The notes under the pieces: generated by a model
The model's database searches: none
The model's input: the letters and a program-made list of their open reading frames with translations, nothing else
Told to the model about the DNA's origin: nothing
Made by a program: the position numbers and the translations under genes
NCBI RefSeq assembly: GCF_009914755.1
Contig: NC_060942.1
DNA length: 64,000 nt
Origin: the human T2T-CHM13v2.0 reference genome, Homo sapiens
Reading direction: 5' to 3' (one strand)
In this document: positions 13,731-27,584 of the stretch, piece after piece
How the letters are laid out: every line of letters starts with the position of its first letter
How positions within the stretch are numbered: the first letter of the stretch is position 1

Positions 13731-15227
13731 TTACTAACTAGTTGCCATTGGTTACTCTAGTATTTTTCTAAGTTTACTTAGCTGCGAGCAACAGAAATAT
13801 TTAACATAAGTAACAAGACCAAAAAAGTAGAATCAATAATTTCACTACTTGTCTTTCCTAGGTGGGATATTACAGAGGCAGGTGCATATGCACAGGAGGG
13901 TGAGAAAAATAACTTGAGTGTGTGTGACATGGGTAAATGATAAAGTCTCATTGCCTCATCTGTAGCATGGGGTCAATAATAGGACCTAGCACACAGGTCG
14001 GGGTGAGGTAGCAGAGAGCTTGGCACATGGCATTCAATATATATTAGCTAGTTTCTTCTTTTTTTTCCCTCCTCCTCCTCCTCCTTTCTTCTTCTATTAT
14101 TATTATATGAGAGAATGCCAGTTAATTCTTGGTTTAAGTTGAGGCAGAAAGTCACCTTTCAGGGGCTGTTACTTGCATACAAATATCGAAAGTCACAAAG
14201 GCACCAATTGCCCTGGGCGAGAGCATGTAAGATCTTTTGTGGCTGGATCTGTTTGCCTCCTGATACTTCCTAGCATGCTAGTTGGTGGCTAGGGAGGGAG
14301 GCAGGTCTGCATAGAAGTCAAGGGAACTAAGCTGGAGGAAAGGGAGAGACTAGTGACTCACCCCATCACTTGGGACTAGAGACTGTAGGGAAGGCTGTCA
14401 CTGGAATCCCCTCCTGACCTCGCTTTCCTTGGCATAGAAGGTTGTGCTGCAAAAACAACAGCTGAGCTTAGGAGAGTGTGAGCAGAAAAAGGATCACTCT
14501 TGGAGCAGAGCTCAGGATGTAGGGTCTGTGGTCTCTGACAGTGCTGATTACTGTTAGCCATACTTGTAAGCCGGAATAGGTTAACAACCCGGCAGTGCAG
14601 GAATAGTGACCAGCAGCGCCCCCATGTGGCTGCAATGGAAGCAGCACAAATACTCAGTCGAGCACACTTGGGAGCTCTCTCTGGCTGGTATTTGCAACCT
14701 GAACTGACTTTGAAATAAATAAATCCTGGGCTGTTCTGGGTAAAGCAAAAGGTCTCTGGAGGGATATGTGGGATTTTCTGTTACTTTGGGCAGCAATTGC
14801 TCATTTAATTATTTTGAACCATAAAATAGAATTGCCCTTTACTCAAAGCTGGTCATAAGGGATACTAGTCTATATCCTTGAAAACACGTATTTATAAATA
14901 CATACAGAACAATCACAGCTGAAGTCCTTAATAGTTCTGAATTAAATATGTTATGCATAACTTTGAAAGCTTTATTTAGCTAACGTCCCTAGCTTTAGTT
15001 AATAATTATAATAATAGTAACAACAAAACATCAACTGTATACTGACTACATGCCAGATTCTATATTAAATTCTTACATGCATTATCTCATTGAATATTTA
15101 CAGACACTTTATCAGGTGGGTACATTTTACAGATGAGAAAACTGAGGGCAGGGGGGTGATGTGCACAAAGTTACATGTAACTAGGAGTGAAAAAGTTAAG
15201 ATTTGACATAAACCTGACCTGACTTTA

Positions 15228-15561
<334 letters not shown>

Positions 15562-16233
15562 TTACAGAACGTTGCATTCTCTGGTATTCCTCAGACTAAC
15601 ACCTGGGAATTTTTAGCATCTATTTGATGCTTGCTATTATAGTTTTATATCAATAGTAAAGTCACTATTCCTCGCTTATTTATATACATTTATCTGTATA
15701 TTGACTGTCTCTCCTAGTGCCTGGTATAAAGTAGAAGCTTAATCAATAATAGTGGAATAAAAAATGAGTGTTATGCTTGGTCTGAATATTCCCTCCAAAT
15801 GACGAACATTCCAGGTTTTCCAACCAACAAAAGGAAGCTCCAGAAAGAAGTTATGTTTCTGGGGTTGCCTCCATTAAGGTCCATGGGCCAAGACTGTTGG
15901 TGTGGGCTGTGTTGGCCCTGCCAGGCCTCTCCAGGATCTGTCCTGTGGCCCTCAGCAGTTAGGCATTCCCCTCATTTGCTCACTAGCAGGCCTCTGTATT
16001 CCCATCCTAGAGCTTTCCCCTGCCATTCTCCCCTCCCAGAATGCCATTCTCCACCTCAGTTTGGGCTACTTTCAATTCTTTTTCTTCAAGACATACCTTT
16101 TCCCCAGTCTTCCTTGCCCCTTCACCTTCACACACATAGATTAGTCTCCCTGTTTTGGGAGCTCCCATACTTTCAGTGTCTTTAGGAGAGGACAAGGCTG
16201 AAAGAGGCCCAGATGCTACCCAGACCTGGATGG

Positions 16234-16604
16234 TGAAATGGTTTGGCTGTGTCCCCATCCAAATCTCATCTTAAATTGTACTCCCATAATCCCCACATGT
16301 TGTGGGTGGGACCTGGTGGGAGATAATTGAATCATGGGGGCGGTTTCCCCCATACTGTTCTCATGGTAGTGAACAAGTCTCATGAGATCTGATGGTTTCA
16401 TCAGGGAAACCCCTTTTGCTTGGCTCTCATTCTCTCTTACCTGACACCAGGTAAAGATGTGCCTTTGCTTCTCCTTTGATTTCTACTGTGATTGAGAGGC
16501 CTCCCCAGCCATGTGGAACTGTGAGTCCATTAAACCTCTTCTCCTTTATAAATTACCCAGTCTCGGGTATGTCTTTATCAGCAGTGTGAAAACGGACTAA
16601 TGCA
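16234..16604 (+). mobile_element. THE1-type MaLR solo LTR
   Basis: TG...CA termini, atggtttggctgtgtcccca start, 5-bp TSD gatgg. Confidence 0.9.
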
Positions 16605-17166
16605 GATGGCAAACTTCTCCTTGGCCTAGGGTTGCTAGGAGGTGCTTCAGGGAGCCCCCTTGGGGAAAGGGTCAGGAAAGGGGAGCCCATGCCGGAAGAG
16701 TCCTGGGTCTCCTCTCACCACTTAAACAAGATGCCCTGCTTCCATCTGTAGGATGTGACTTCCTTTGAAACAAGATGTTAACTGGTCAAAAATACGAAAA
16801 ACCACTGCTCTATTTCCACCTCCTGCTTTTACAGATAAGAAAACCTCAACTCTTATTTAGACCTCAAAATTCCTCCTTCTTTCCTTGGTTCCTCCCTTCC
16901 TCCCTTCCATGTAGCAGAGTTGTGGCAAATGGGCCCCATGTGGGACACCTTATTTCTCTGCTTTCCTTGCAGCTATTTCCGTGTGGCCATGTGACAAAGT
17001 TCTCACCAACAGAAAATGAGTGGAGTGACAGGGGCAAGTTTTGCATCACTCGTTTAGGAGGAAATAGCGTGTCCTTCCCTTTTCCTCTTTCTGGGCTCCC
17101 ATGTGCTGGGTCACAAATGGGCAGTGACTCAGCTTGGGCCATGCCTGTGGGGACAACTGCCTGAGC

Positions 17167-17694
17167 CAGGGGTCTCTAACTTTCTTCGTGACATGAGCTC
17201 CCTTGGCAGTACAGTGAAGCCTATGGACTTTATCACTCCATATGCATTTATTTTAATGTATAAAATAAAATACAGAAGGTTACAAAAGAAACCAATTATA
17301 CTGAAATACAGATATTAAAATAACTGTAACATAAGCACATACACAAGCACACCTAAATTTGTGACACAGTAAAAATGTACTTCTTTATTGACATTAAATA
17401 ATAAAATCTATCAGCAGGGCTGATAACAACTGTAATTTTAAAACGGTAATAAACATTAAGTGATATTTTGAGATATCTTCAACATTGTAATGTGAGATGA
17501 AAAATCTTTATGATTTCTATTGGCCACAAAGTCTTTGATCTTGCTAGTACTTCAGAGGTTTATTGCCGTTTGCATAATTGAAGGAAATGCTAAATTTCAT
17601 GTAGAAGTTTTTGAAAGTACAGATGTAATTTTTTTCTATGCAAGTTCACAAATCCCTTGATTTCTATCTATGGACTCCAGGTTGAGAACCCTTG
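17167..17694. mobile_element. hAT-Charlie MITE (MER119-like)
   Basis: Terminal inverted repeats caggggtctctaac...gttgagaacccttg. Confidence 0.6.
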
Positions 17695-17702
17695 CCTTAG
17701 GG

Positions 17703-18329
17703 CAGGAGTCCCCAACCCCTAGGCCATGGACCAGTACTGGTCTGCAGCCTATTAGGAACTGGGGCGCACAGCAGAAGGTGACCAGTGGGCAAGCAAACAA
17801 AGCTTCATCTGTATTTACAGCCACTCCCATCGCTCACATTTCCGCCTGAGCTCTGCCTCCTGTCACATCAGCAGTGGCATTAGATTCTCATAGAAGCGTG
17901 AGTTCTACTGTGAACTGTGCATGTGAGGGACCTAGGTTGTGGCTCCTTATGAGAATCTAATGCCTGATGATCTGTCACTGTCTCCCATCACTTCCAGATG
18001 GGACTGTCTAGTTGCAGGGAAACAAGCTCAGGGCTGCCACTGATTCTACATAATGGTATGTTGCATAATTTTTATACTTTTCATTATATATTATAATGTA
18101 AATTGTATATTATATGACAATAAAAATAAAGTGCACAATAAACGTAATGCACTTGAATCATCCCCAAACCATCATTCCCCCACCCTCTGGTCCATGGAAA
18201 AATTGTCTTCCACAAAACTGGGGCTGCCTCCGTTTAGGAAGCCCATGGGCCAAGGCTGTTGGTGTGGGCTGTTGGTGTGGGCTATGTCCCCATACCGGTC
18301 CCTGGTGCCCAAAAGGTTGGGGACCACTG
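17703..18329. mobile_element. MER1A hAT MITE carrying a 72-bp foreign insert
   Basis: Termini caggagtccccaacc / ggttggggaccactg; perfect 8-bp TSD ccttaggg. Confidence 0.88.
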
Positions 18330-18721
18330 CCTTAGGGGATGGGACAGCAAAAAGATGAACAGAACTTGGATCCCTGAATGTTTTTATGGAACAGAGCTGC
18401 CCTGCCAGTCTGGGCCACTCACCTCTAGACTATTATGAAAGAGAAATAAACAAATCTTACTTAAGCCATTGTAATAGTGAGTTCCTATTACAGCAATTTA
18501 GCCTATATCCTAATTCCTATACCCAGAGAGAAAATGGTTTGTTACATATTCTGTTTTCTGCATTTATATAAATGGTTTTCTGTTAGTTGGTCTCCCTAAC
18601 CATCTCTTCCTCTTTTGCATATAGACAATATCTAGATCAGGGTTGGGTAGAGACTAAGTGTTCAGTTCATATGTGCTGAATTAATACAAATCTGTATAAT
18701 TGAGTACAAAACACTAGAAAA

Positions 18722-19034
<313 letters not shown>

Positions 19035-19409
19035 CTAGCGGTCAGTGACCTCTGGGGCGGGGGGCCTTGGCCAGTGAAGTACTGTGTGTAAACCTTGATT
19101 TTTGTGGTTAGCTGTGTCACTTTGAATAGCCATAGCCATTTACACTCTCTCAACCTCAATTGCATTATTTATTATAACAGAGATAATAATTACTTGAAGT
19201 GTTCAAAGTACCAATGGGGTAGACAGATGATGCCCTAAAATCTACGTTGCTGTTCTTTAATATCAGTCACACTTGGAGTCCTTGAGTGTGGGCCTCCAGC
19301 ACTTCCGAGATGGCTCCCTGCCTTTAGTTGCCGCTTACTGACTTGGGGGCAAAGGTAGAGGTAGGGGGCTATGAACATTCTCCTCTAGCCTGCTCTCGTT
19401 ACTCAGCAG

Positions 19410-19605
19410 CAGTGATAACTACCCTTTTCTGAGCACGTCCCACATTCCAGACACTACGCACTGGCTCACTGTAGCCCTATGAAGAAAACACTATTGGTGT
19501 GATTCCCATTTTGCAAGGAAACTGAGGCACACAGAGGGAAAGTAACTTGCCCAAGGTGTCTTTCCATTACCAAGTGTCCAATTCAAGATTTGAACTCAAT
19601 ACTAG
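19410..19605. mobile_element. MIR
   Basis: cccattttgcaaggaaactgaggcacacagagggaaagtaacttgcccaagg. Confidence 0.75.
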
Positions 19606-21686
19606 TGATTTGTTACACAGATGCACAGGCCATGTGTGTGGTGTGTGTGCATGTGTGTGTGTGTGTGTGTCTGGTGTGTGGGGAGGGAAACACTGGCTGT
19701 TTGAGATCCCTGAGCTGAGGAAGGTGAGCACAGAGTGAGCAGCAGTTGAAGGTGCCCCACGCTGCCCAGTTTGGGGATTCCAAGCAGGAGGGCCCAGGAG
19801 TAGCTGTCCCACTGACTTGAATGCACTTCAAGCCCTCTCTTGTTTCCCTAGGGCCGAGCTCTCTTAGCCTCCCAGCCCCAGTTTCAGGCCTCCTGGGTGG
19901 CATCCTCAGCTCACCTGCTGACTCCTTCTCTTCATCTAGGCCACTTCACTCCCTCTGGCCCCTGCTCAGTGCCTGGGCCTCGGCCTGGTGGCCTCTGGCC
20001 TGGCCAGGGGCATGCGGATGGCAGTGGCATTCCAGCAAGGGTGAGATCACCACCCATCGCCCTGGAGAACAGGCTGCCAGGGGAGGTGTCTGCGTCACTT
20101 GTGGCCTTGTTGGCAGATCATAAAAGCTGGAAATGCCTGATGAGGTAATTGTGCCCCAGGGCCCTGGGGGCCAGACCCTGCGGGCTCCCTCCATGGCTGC
20201 CACTTCCCATCACCTCCCTCTGGAGAGGCAGAGTGAGCAGGCTGCTTTTCTCTTCTTTTGCTTCACTGTGGGCCCCCTTCTGGCCCCTGGGAGGAGAGGG
20301 CAGAACCTCCATCTTCATGCCAGGGAGCCCCAGCTCCCCAAGTCTTTGCCAACAACTCTGAGACCCTGCCCTGTGGGGCCCTCCTCCAGGAGGGTCCAAG
20401 TAGCTGTTCCGTTGATACAGAGGGGTGTGGAAGAGTAGGGAAGGGGAAGCAATAAATAAAATAATGCTGATGTAAGAGGCTTGGTTTGAGCCAAGCTGCC
20501 TGGGAGAGACCCAGAGTCTAGAGCTAGTGTTGCTCACTGGCAGGGCTTGTCCATGCCTTTTCTGACTCTCAGTTTCCTCATCTGTGAAATGGGTGTGTTG
20601 GCCTAGAAACGAGGATCTTAATCTGCTGGGAGTGCAGATCCCTCTGAGGCTAGAGGCAAAACCGTGAGAACATGAATTCTAGAGCAGAAGGCTGACGCCT
20701 TTCCTTGGATGCTACCGTCAGGTCCCCAGTGAAGTTGGGTCTTTAAAATCCTGCCCCACCTAACAATCTCTGTTGCTTGAAGGTCACCAGGAAATGACAC
20801 AGAAGCCTTTGGAGTGGTGCCCAAATGCTCACGTAGGCCTGCACCCTGCAGCTCTGAGGGCCCAGCCCCTAGGAAAGGGAGGGCAGTAGTTCCATGTGCT
20901 TCTCAGAAGAGCTGGTGCCAACAGGGTCCCTTTGAAGTTCCTGCTTAGGTCCTGGGCCCCAAAAGGAATGGCACAAAAAGACAGCCCGTCCCCGTCCTCC
21001 TTATAGCCTCATGGTGCCTGGTGCCATAAGATGGAGTGACGCAAATGTTCAGGCTGGGGAGGAAGTGTTGGGTCCAGTGTCTGAGGTCAGCCACATCACA
21101 GAGGTTCTTGCTCTGCTCAGGCTCTGGAAAGAATTTCTGCCCTGCAGCTGCAGTCAGCCCAGCTGGAGCTGAAAGAGTGGAAACTGCAGTAACAAAGCAA
21201 TTAAAAAGCTGCAAAAGATCATCAGCTTGCTGACCACATTTCAAAGAATGCGAGAAAGCAGGTGATCATATTCCCAAGCCTCCAGCTTCTGTGAGAACCC
21301 GTAGGTCAAGCACAGGCGTCCAGGCCTGTCCCACCAGGACCCTTTGCCCTCTCCCCAGATGATTTAGCACCCAGATGGTCCTCAGACTCACAAGGGGCAG
21401 AACACCTTGAGTTTATAAAGGTGCCCTGCAGCATTGAACTCACATGGTTAATTTCATCCCACATCAGAGGCTTATAAAAGGGGGTATCTAGAGTGATCAC
21501 CATTACCTTCTATATTCATGATTACCCCCATTTTTAGGTGAGGAAACTGAGACTCAGGGGTTACCCAGCTATGAGACACAGGCCTGGCCTTGCCACTCAA
21601 ACGTTCTGAGGCCAGGTTGACGTGTTTCTCACTCACTCATCTGCTCAGTTAAGTCATGATGCCAAAATACATATTATAGTCTGAAA

Positions 21687-21908
21687 CAGGAGTAGGCAAT
21701 GAACAGCCTGCTTCAAATCCAGCTCAGCACTTGTTTTTGTAAATAAAGTTTTATTTGAACAGCCATGCCCATTCATTTACATATGATCTATGGCTGCTCT
21801 TACTACAATGGCAGAGCTGACTAGTTGCAACAGAAACTGTATGGTCCACAAAGTCCTCAAAGCCTATTATATTTCCTATCTGGCCCTTTACAGAAAACAT
21901 TTGCCCTA
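21687..21908. mobile_element. MER58A hAT MITE
   Basis: tttgtaaataaagttttatt...ctacaatggcagag...ctggccctttacagaaaa; TSD gtctgaaa/gtctggaa. Confidence 0.85.
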
Positions 21909-22324
21909 GTCTGGAATATTTACATCAACCTGGATTTCCTCAAGAAAGCAGGTCATCAGGAAGATGACTTCTTTATTTTTATTTTTAATAATTTCATCCT
22001 TTAGATTCAGAGGGTTTATGTCCAGGTTTGTGACATGGGTATATGGCATGATGCTGAGCTTTGGGGTACAAATGATCCCATCACCCAGGTAGTGAGCATA
22101 GTGCCCAATGGTTTTTCAACCCCTGCCCCCTTCTTGCCCTGTCCTAATAGTACCCAGTATATATTGTCATTTTTATGAGTACTCAGTGTTTAGCTCCCAC
22201 TTATAAGTGAGGACACAAGTATTTGGTTTTCTTTTCCTGCGTTCTTTCACCTAGAATAATGGTCTCTGGCAGCATCCATGTTGCTGCAAAGGACATGATT
22301 TCATTCTTTTTTATGGCTGCATAG

Positions 22325-22829
<505 letters not shown>

Positions 22830-22994
22830 ATGTACCACATTTTCTTTATCCAATTCACTGTTGATGGGCACCTAGATTGATTCCATGTCTTTGCTCTTGT
22901 GAATAGTGCTGTGGTAAACGTGAGTGCATGCATCTTTTTGGTAGAATGATTTATTTTATTTGGATATATACCCAGTAAGGGGATTGTTGAGTAG

Positions 22995-23396
<402 letters not shown>

Positions 23397-24148
23397 TAAG
23401 TGTAGGGAGATGACTTCTTAACCAAAGACCTGATGTCTAGGAGTTTGCAGCAATAATGCAAATGACAACACCTGTATTTAATCAACTGTTAATACCACCC
23501 TGCTGGTGCTTTCTCCAAAGCTTTCAAGTTGCAGCCTCAGCAGATAATGAGGTATGGGTCGTAATTTTAAGAAAACCACCACCAGATGAAGAAGCTTGTG
23601 TCTGAGGTTAGAAGTGGAAACAGGGATAGCAGGCAGGATTGAGGGAAACTGCCCCGGGCTTAGGATGAGACCAGAGACAGGTTGGCTGCTGTGCGGGAGG
23701 GAAGCCACTCGGCTGGATAGGATGATGTAAAGTGCTCCCACAGCGTCTTGTCCACAGGGGGTGCACCACCAGCATCCTCCTTGGAAATGCTGGCCACAGG
23801 TGCCCTGTGTAGAAGCACAAGTGAGTTGGTGAAGAGCGGATCCCCACCACCAAGGACTGTGTGGAAGGAATGAGTCCACATCCCTGACTGATTTGGCCGA
23901 CTCCGTGTGTTCCCTGGGCTGAAGTGAGTGTCCTGCTGGACTCTACAAGGCCACCCTCAGCGTGTCAGTTTCTGGGAAAAAGGTGGGTAATCCTAGGAGA
24001 CTCTCTGGACGTCTCCTTCTTGGGACTGGCCTTGGGAGGCGGAAGGGGACCTGCTGTGGCCCACTGGGAAGTGGGCTGTGGCGCAAAGATAAATGGGCCC
24101 ATGGAGCTGACCAGACAGGCAGTGTCTGCAAATGCAGAGGGTCTAGAT

Positions 24149-24370
24149 CAGGGGTGTCCAGTCTTTTGGCTTCCCTGGGTCCCAATGGAAGAAGAATTGT
24201 CTTAGGCCACATATAAGATACACTAAGACTAACGATAGCTGAGTAACTTTTTAAATATCACAAAAAAACACATTCGTACTGTTTGAAGAAATTTTACGAA
24301 TTTGTGTTGGGCCGCATTCAAAGCCATCCTGGGCCTCACGCGGCCAGAGGCCGCGGGTTGGACAAGCTTG
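24149..24370. mobile_element. MER30 hAT MITE
   Basis: caggggtgtcca...ggttggacaagcttg; TSD gtctagat/gtctggat. Confidence 0.88.
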
Positions 24371-24869
24371 GTCTGGATTCAGGAGGGTCTGCCTCTGTTT
24401 CCCCCCATCATTCTTGACCCCCGTTGAGGTGTTAGTGGATGCTCCGGCCGGGTTTCAGCCAAACACCTGGGTTCAGGCTGAGGTCCATGCTCAGCTTCGG
24501 GCCAGGGCACTGGAGCAGGAGTGGCACTGAGGGCCTGTCCTCACCAGGGTCTCCTTCCTTTGCCACCTTAGGCAGCTCTGGGATGTTTTATAGGGGAAAG
24601 TGGCATCTCCTCCCCTGCCCATGAGGAGGGTGGTGCTGAGTAAAGGTAGCCTCTGCGGGCAGGAGATGGCAGGGACCATGGGACCCAGCAGAGTGAGGGG
24701 TGCTGAGGGGTCTCAGAGCAGAGAGACTCCCTTGTTCTGACCCTCTCCAGCTGACTGCAGGTCCGCGAGCCTGGGGGCCCGGACGCTCCTCCATGTGCTT
24801 TTCTGCCCCACTACTAACTTCAGTCCACATCACAGCCTCCGAGAGTGGGGCTTCTGGGGCCATCCCCTC

Positions 24870-25690
24870 TGTGCTCTCCGCAAGCACCATTCTGCGGGAC
24901 TTTGTAGAGTGACCCGAAGCTTCCGCTCCCTAGCCCTGTGCTCTTCCCCTCTCCAGTCCATCTCGGCCGGGAGTCGGGTCTCTGCCAGCCCAGCGCTCGG
25001 AATGGAGCTTTGTGGGGCTGGGGAAGCAACCTTTGCCAATGGGAAGGGGGTGTCACAGCGCCTCATTCCCTCCCAGCTTGCGCTCCTCGGAATAATCTCC
25101 AACAGCGTGCCTAGAAGCACAGCTGCTTTTGTTTCGGGCGTCGGTGCTTCCCAGAATCCCGGTGCCCGGACCCAGCCGCCGAACCGACCCCGCCCCGCCG
25201 CGGGCTTTGTTCCCTGCGCTGCGCACTGCGAGCGGCGGCCACGCGGGGGCGCTGGGCCGGGGGCGGGGGCCAGGGCTGGGGGTGGGGCGCGCCCCCGGGC
25301 CACCTCCCCCGCCCCTCCCGGCTCCTCCCCGCTCCTCCTCCCATGCCCCGGCCCCCGCCTCGCAGCTGGGCTCGGACTCAGGCTTAGCCGCAGTCTGTGA
25401 GCCTCCTCCCCGCACCTGGCCGGCCAGGCCAGCCCAGCCTACTTGTCTCGCTGCGCCCGGCTGCTGCCTCCGCTCCAGGGGTCGGCGCCGGGACCTCCTC
25501 CTCCGCCGCCGGCCCGCCCGCGTCTACACCGCACACCCGTGGCGCGCCCTCCAGGGGCGGTTTTTCTCCCGGGGTCCTAAGTCTCACTCTACCTGCTTCA
25601 CGCTTAGTGGTCCTGTAGAAATACAGACGCGTCGTAGGCACTTAGTAAATGTCTGTTGAATGACTGTGTGTAAGCACTCGTCCGTTCTTT
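24870..25690. promoter_or_regulatory. Orphan CpG island (core about 25130-25570) with GC boxes; promoter, enhancer or insulator-like
   Basis: Dense CpG with multiple GGGCGG/CCGCCC boxes; no credible coding gene attached. Confidence 0.8.
25236..25254 (+). promoter_or_regulatory. CTCF motif
   Basis: cggccacgcgggggcgctg versus CTCF consensus tggccaccagggggcgcta. Confidence 0.6.
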
Positions 25691-25699
25691 ACCACACCT

Positions 25700-26065
25700 C
25701 ATTTTTAAAGTTAATGGACGTTATTTTTTTCAAGCAATTTTAGATTCACAATAAAATTGAGCCAAAAGTACAAAAAGTTTCATTTCCCCCCTGTACCCAC
25801 CCCCGAACAACCTCCCCCACTCTCGACCTCCAGACCAGGGCATGCATTGGTTGCCATTGTGAACCTACACTGCCACATCAGGGTCACCCAAAGTCCACAG
25901 TTTTCTTTAGGGTTCACCCTTGGTGCTGTACACTCCATGGGTATGACATGTGTAAGGCCATGTCATTCCGGTATCACACAGCATTTTCACTGCTCCAGAA
26001 ATTCAACCCTCCGTCTTTCCAACTCCTGGCAACTCCTGCTCTTTTTACTGTCTCCATAGTTTTAT
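25700..26065 (-). mobile_element. L1MC-type 3' end fragment
   Basis: tttagattcaca..aaaattgagc...gtcacccaaagtccacagtt...agggttcacccttggtgctgtaca. Confidence 0.65.
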
Positions 26066-26848
26066 GGAATCATGCTAATTTTCACAACCATCCAAGAGGT
26101 AGGAACTCTTCCCCTTTTGCCCTTGAAGACACTGAGGCTCAGGGATGTTGCCAGGGCCCTGTCAGCTTCCTGATAGGAAAGCCACTAAATTCCAATCGGC
26201 TACCAGTTTTCCTGCAACCCTGGCCTGGGATACTCTCCTGAACAATGAAGCCAGTAATGGCATGACCACAGCGCTGTCCCACCCTGGCCAGCAAACAGGC
26301 TCCCTCAGGGGACTCCACTCCTCTACCTGGACACTTCTGCAGGCGGGAAGTGGGTAAGGAGTGACAGGTGTGGACTGCCTTGCTTGGCTTCTGGGAGGAG
26401 CCATTTGTGCCTGCTGCCAGGCCTGCTGAAACATTACTAGGCTGGGCGGAAGTACAGATGGAAGCCCTGGTCGGTGGTCTGCCCCTTCCTTTCCCTAGCC
26501 CAGGCTCTGACTTCGCCGTAAGGATCTTGCAGAGCAGGCATGGACACCCAGCCTGCAGCCCAAGCTCCATCCCCACCCGAGAGCCAAACACCCCCCAGGC
26601 TAATCCTCAGGCCCGGTAGTGTGTACACTGGTGAGAGCAGACAGCTGCGGGAAGAGGACCTGCAGAGGCCCTAAAGTGGGCCCCTGACGGGAGGCAGAGC
26701 TCAGATAATAATTTTCGTCCATGTGGGCCCCAGGACCTTTGGGCAGGGCCCTGGGTACCTGAAGCATGATCCGAAAGGGAGGGCATGAGCTCCAGGTGGG
26801 CATGTCCCTTGACTTTGTGCTAGGGTTACCAGATTTAGTAAATTAAAA

Positions 26849-27186
26849 CAGGAGTCCCCAACCCCTGGGCGTGGACCTATTCTGGTCCATGGCCTGTTAG
26901 GAAGTGGGCTGCATAGCAGGAGGTGAACAGCAGGTGGATGAGGATTACTATCTGAGCTCTGCCTCCTGTCAGATCATCAGGCATTAGAGTTTCATAGGAG
27001 CGAGAACCCTATTGTGAACTGTGCATGCGAGGGATCTAGGTTTCCTGCTCCTTATGAGGATCTAACTAATGCTTGATGATCTGAGGTGGAACAGTTTCAT
27101 CCTGAAACCAAACCTGTGCCCTGTCTGTGGAAAAATTGTCTTCCGTGAAACTGGCCCATGGTGCCAAAAAAAGTTGGGGACCGCTG
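26849..27186. mobile_element. MER1B hAT MITE
   Basis: caggagtccccaacc...gttggggaccgctg; perfect TSD aattaaaa. Confidence 0.88.
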
Positions 27187-27230
27187 AATTAAAACACAGG
27201 ACACCCATTTAAATTTGAATTTTAGATAAT

Positions 27231-27584
27231 TGCATTAGTCTGTTTTTACATTGCTGATAAGACATACCCAAGACAGGGGAATTTCCAAAAGAAAGAGGTT
27301 TAATGGACTTACATCTCCACATGGCTGGGGAAGCCTCACAATCATGGCAGAAGGCAAGGAGGAGCAAGTTATGTCTTACATGGATGGCAGCAGACAACGA
27401 GACAGAGTTTGTACAGGGGAACTCTTCTTTTTAAAACCACCAGATCTGGTGACACTTATTGGCTCTCACAAGAACAGCACGCAAAATCCTGCCCCCATAA
27501 TTCAATTACCTCCAGCCAGGCCCCTCCCACAACATGTGGGAATTCAAGATGAGATTTGGGTGGGGACACAGCCAAACCATATCA
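27231..27584 (-). mobile_element. THE1-type MaLR solo LTR
   Basis: tgcattagtctg...ggggacacagccaaaccatatca; TSD ataat. Confidence 0.9.

Larger units (their letters stand above)
16900..18520 (+). mobile_element. MLT1 (MaLR) LTR split by two hAT MITEs (pieces about 16900-17165 and 18338-18520)
   Basis: gtggccatgtgacaaagttctcaccaa 5' part; gagaaataaac...ttaagccattg...cctaat 3' part. Confidence 0.6.

Noticed and set aside
24795-25659. Overlapping 120-200 aa ORFs across the CpG island
   Set aside because: Stop-poor GC-rich DNA giving low-complexity Pro/Arg/Gly/Ala products in several frames on both strands.
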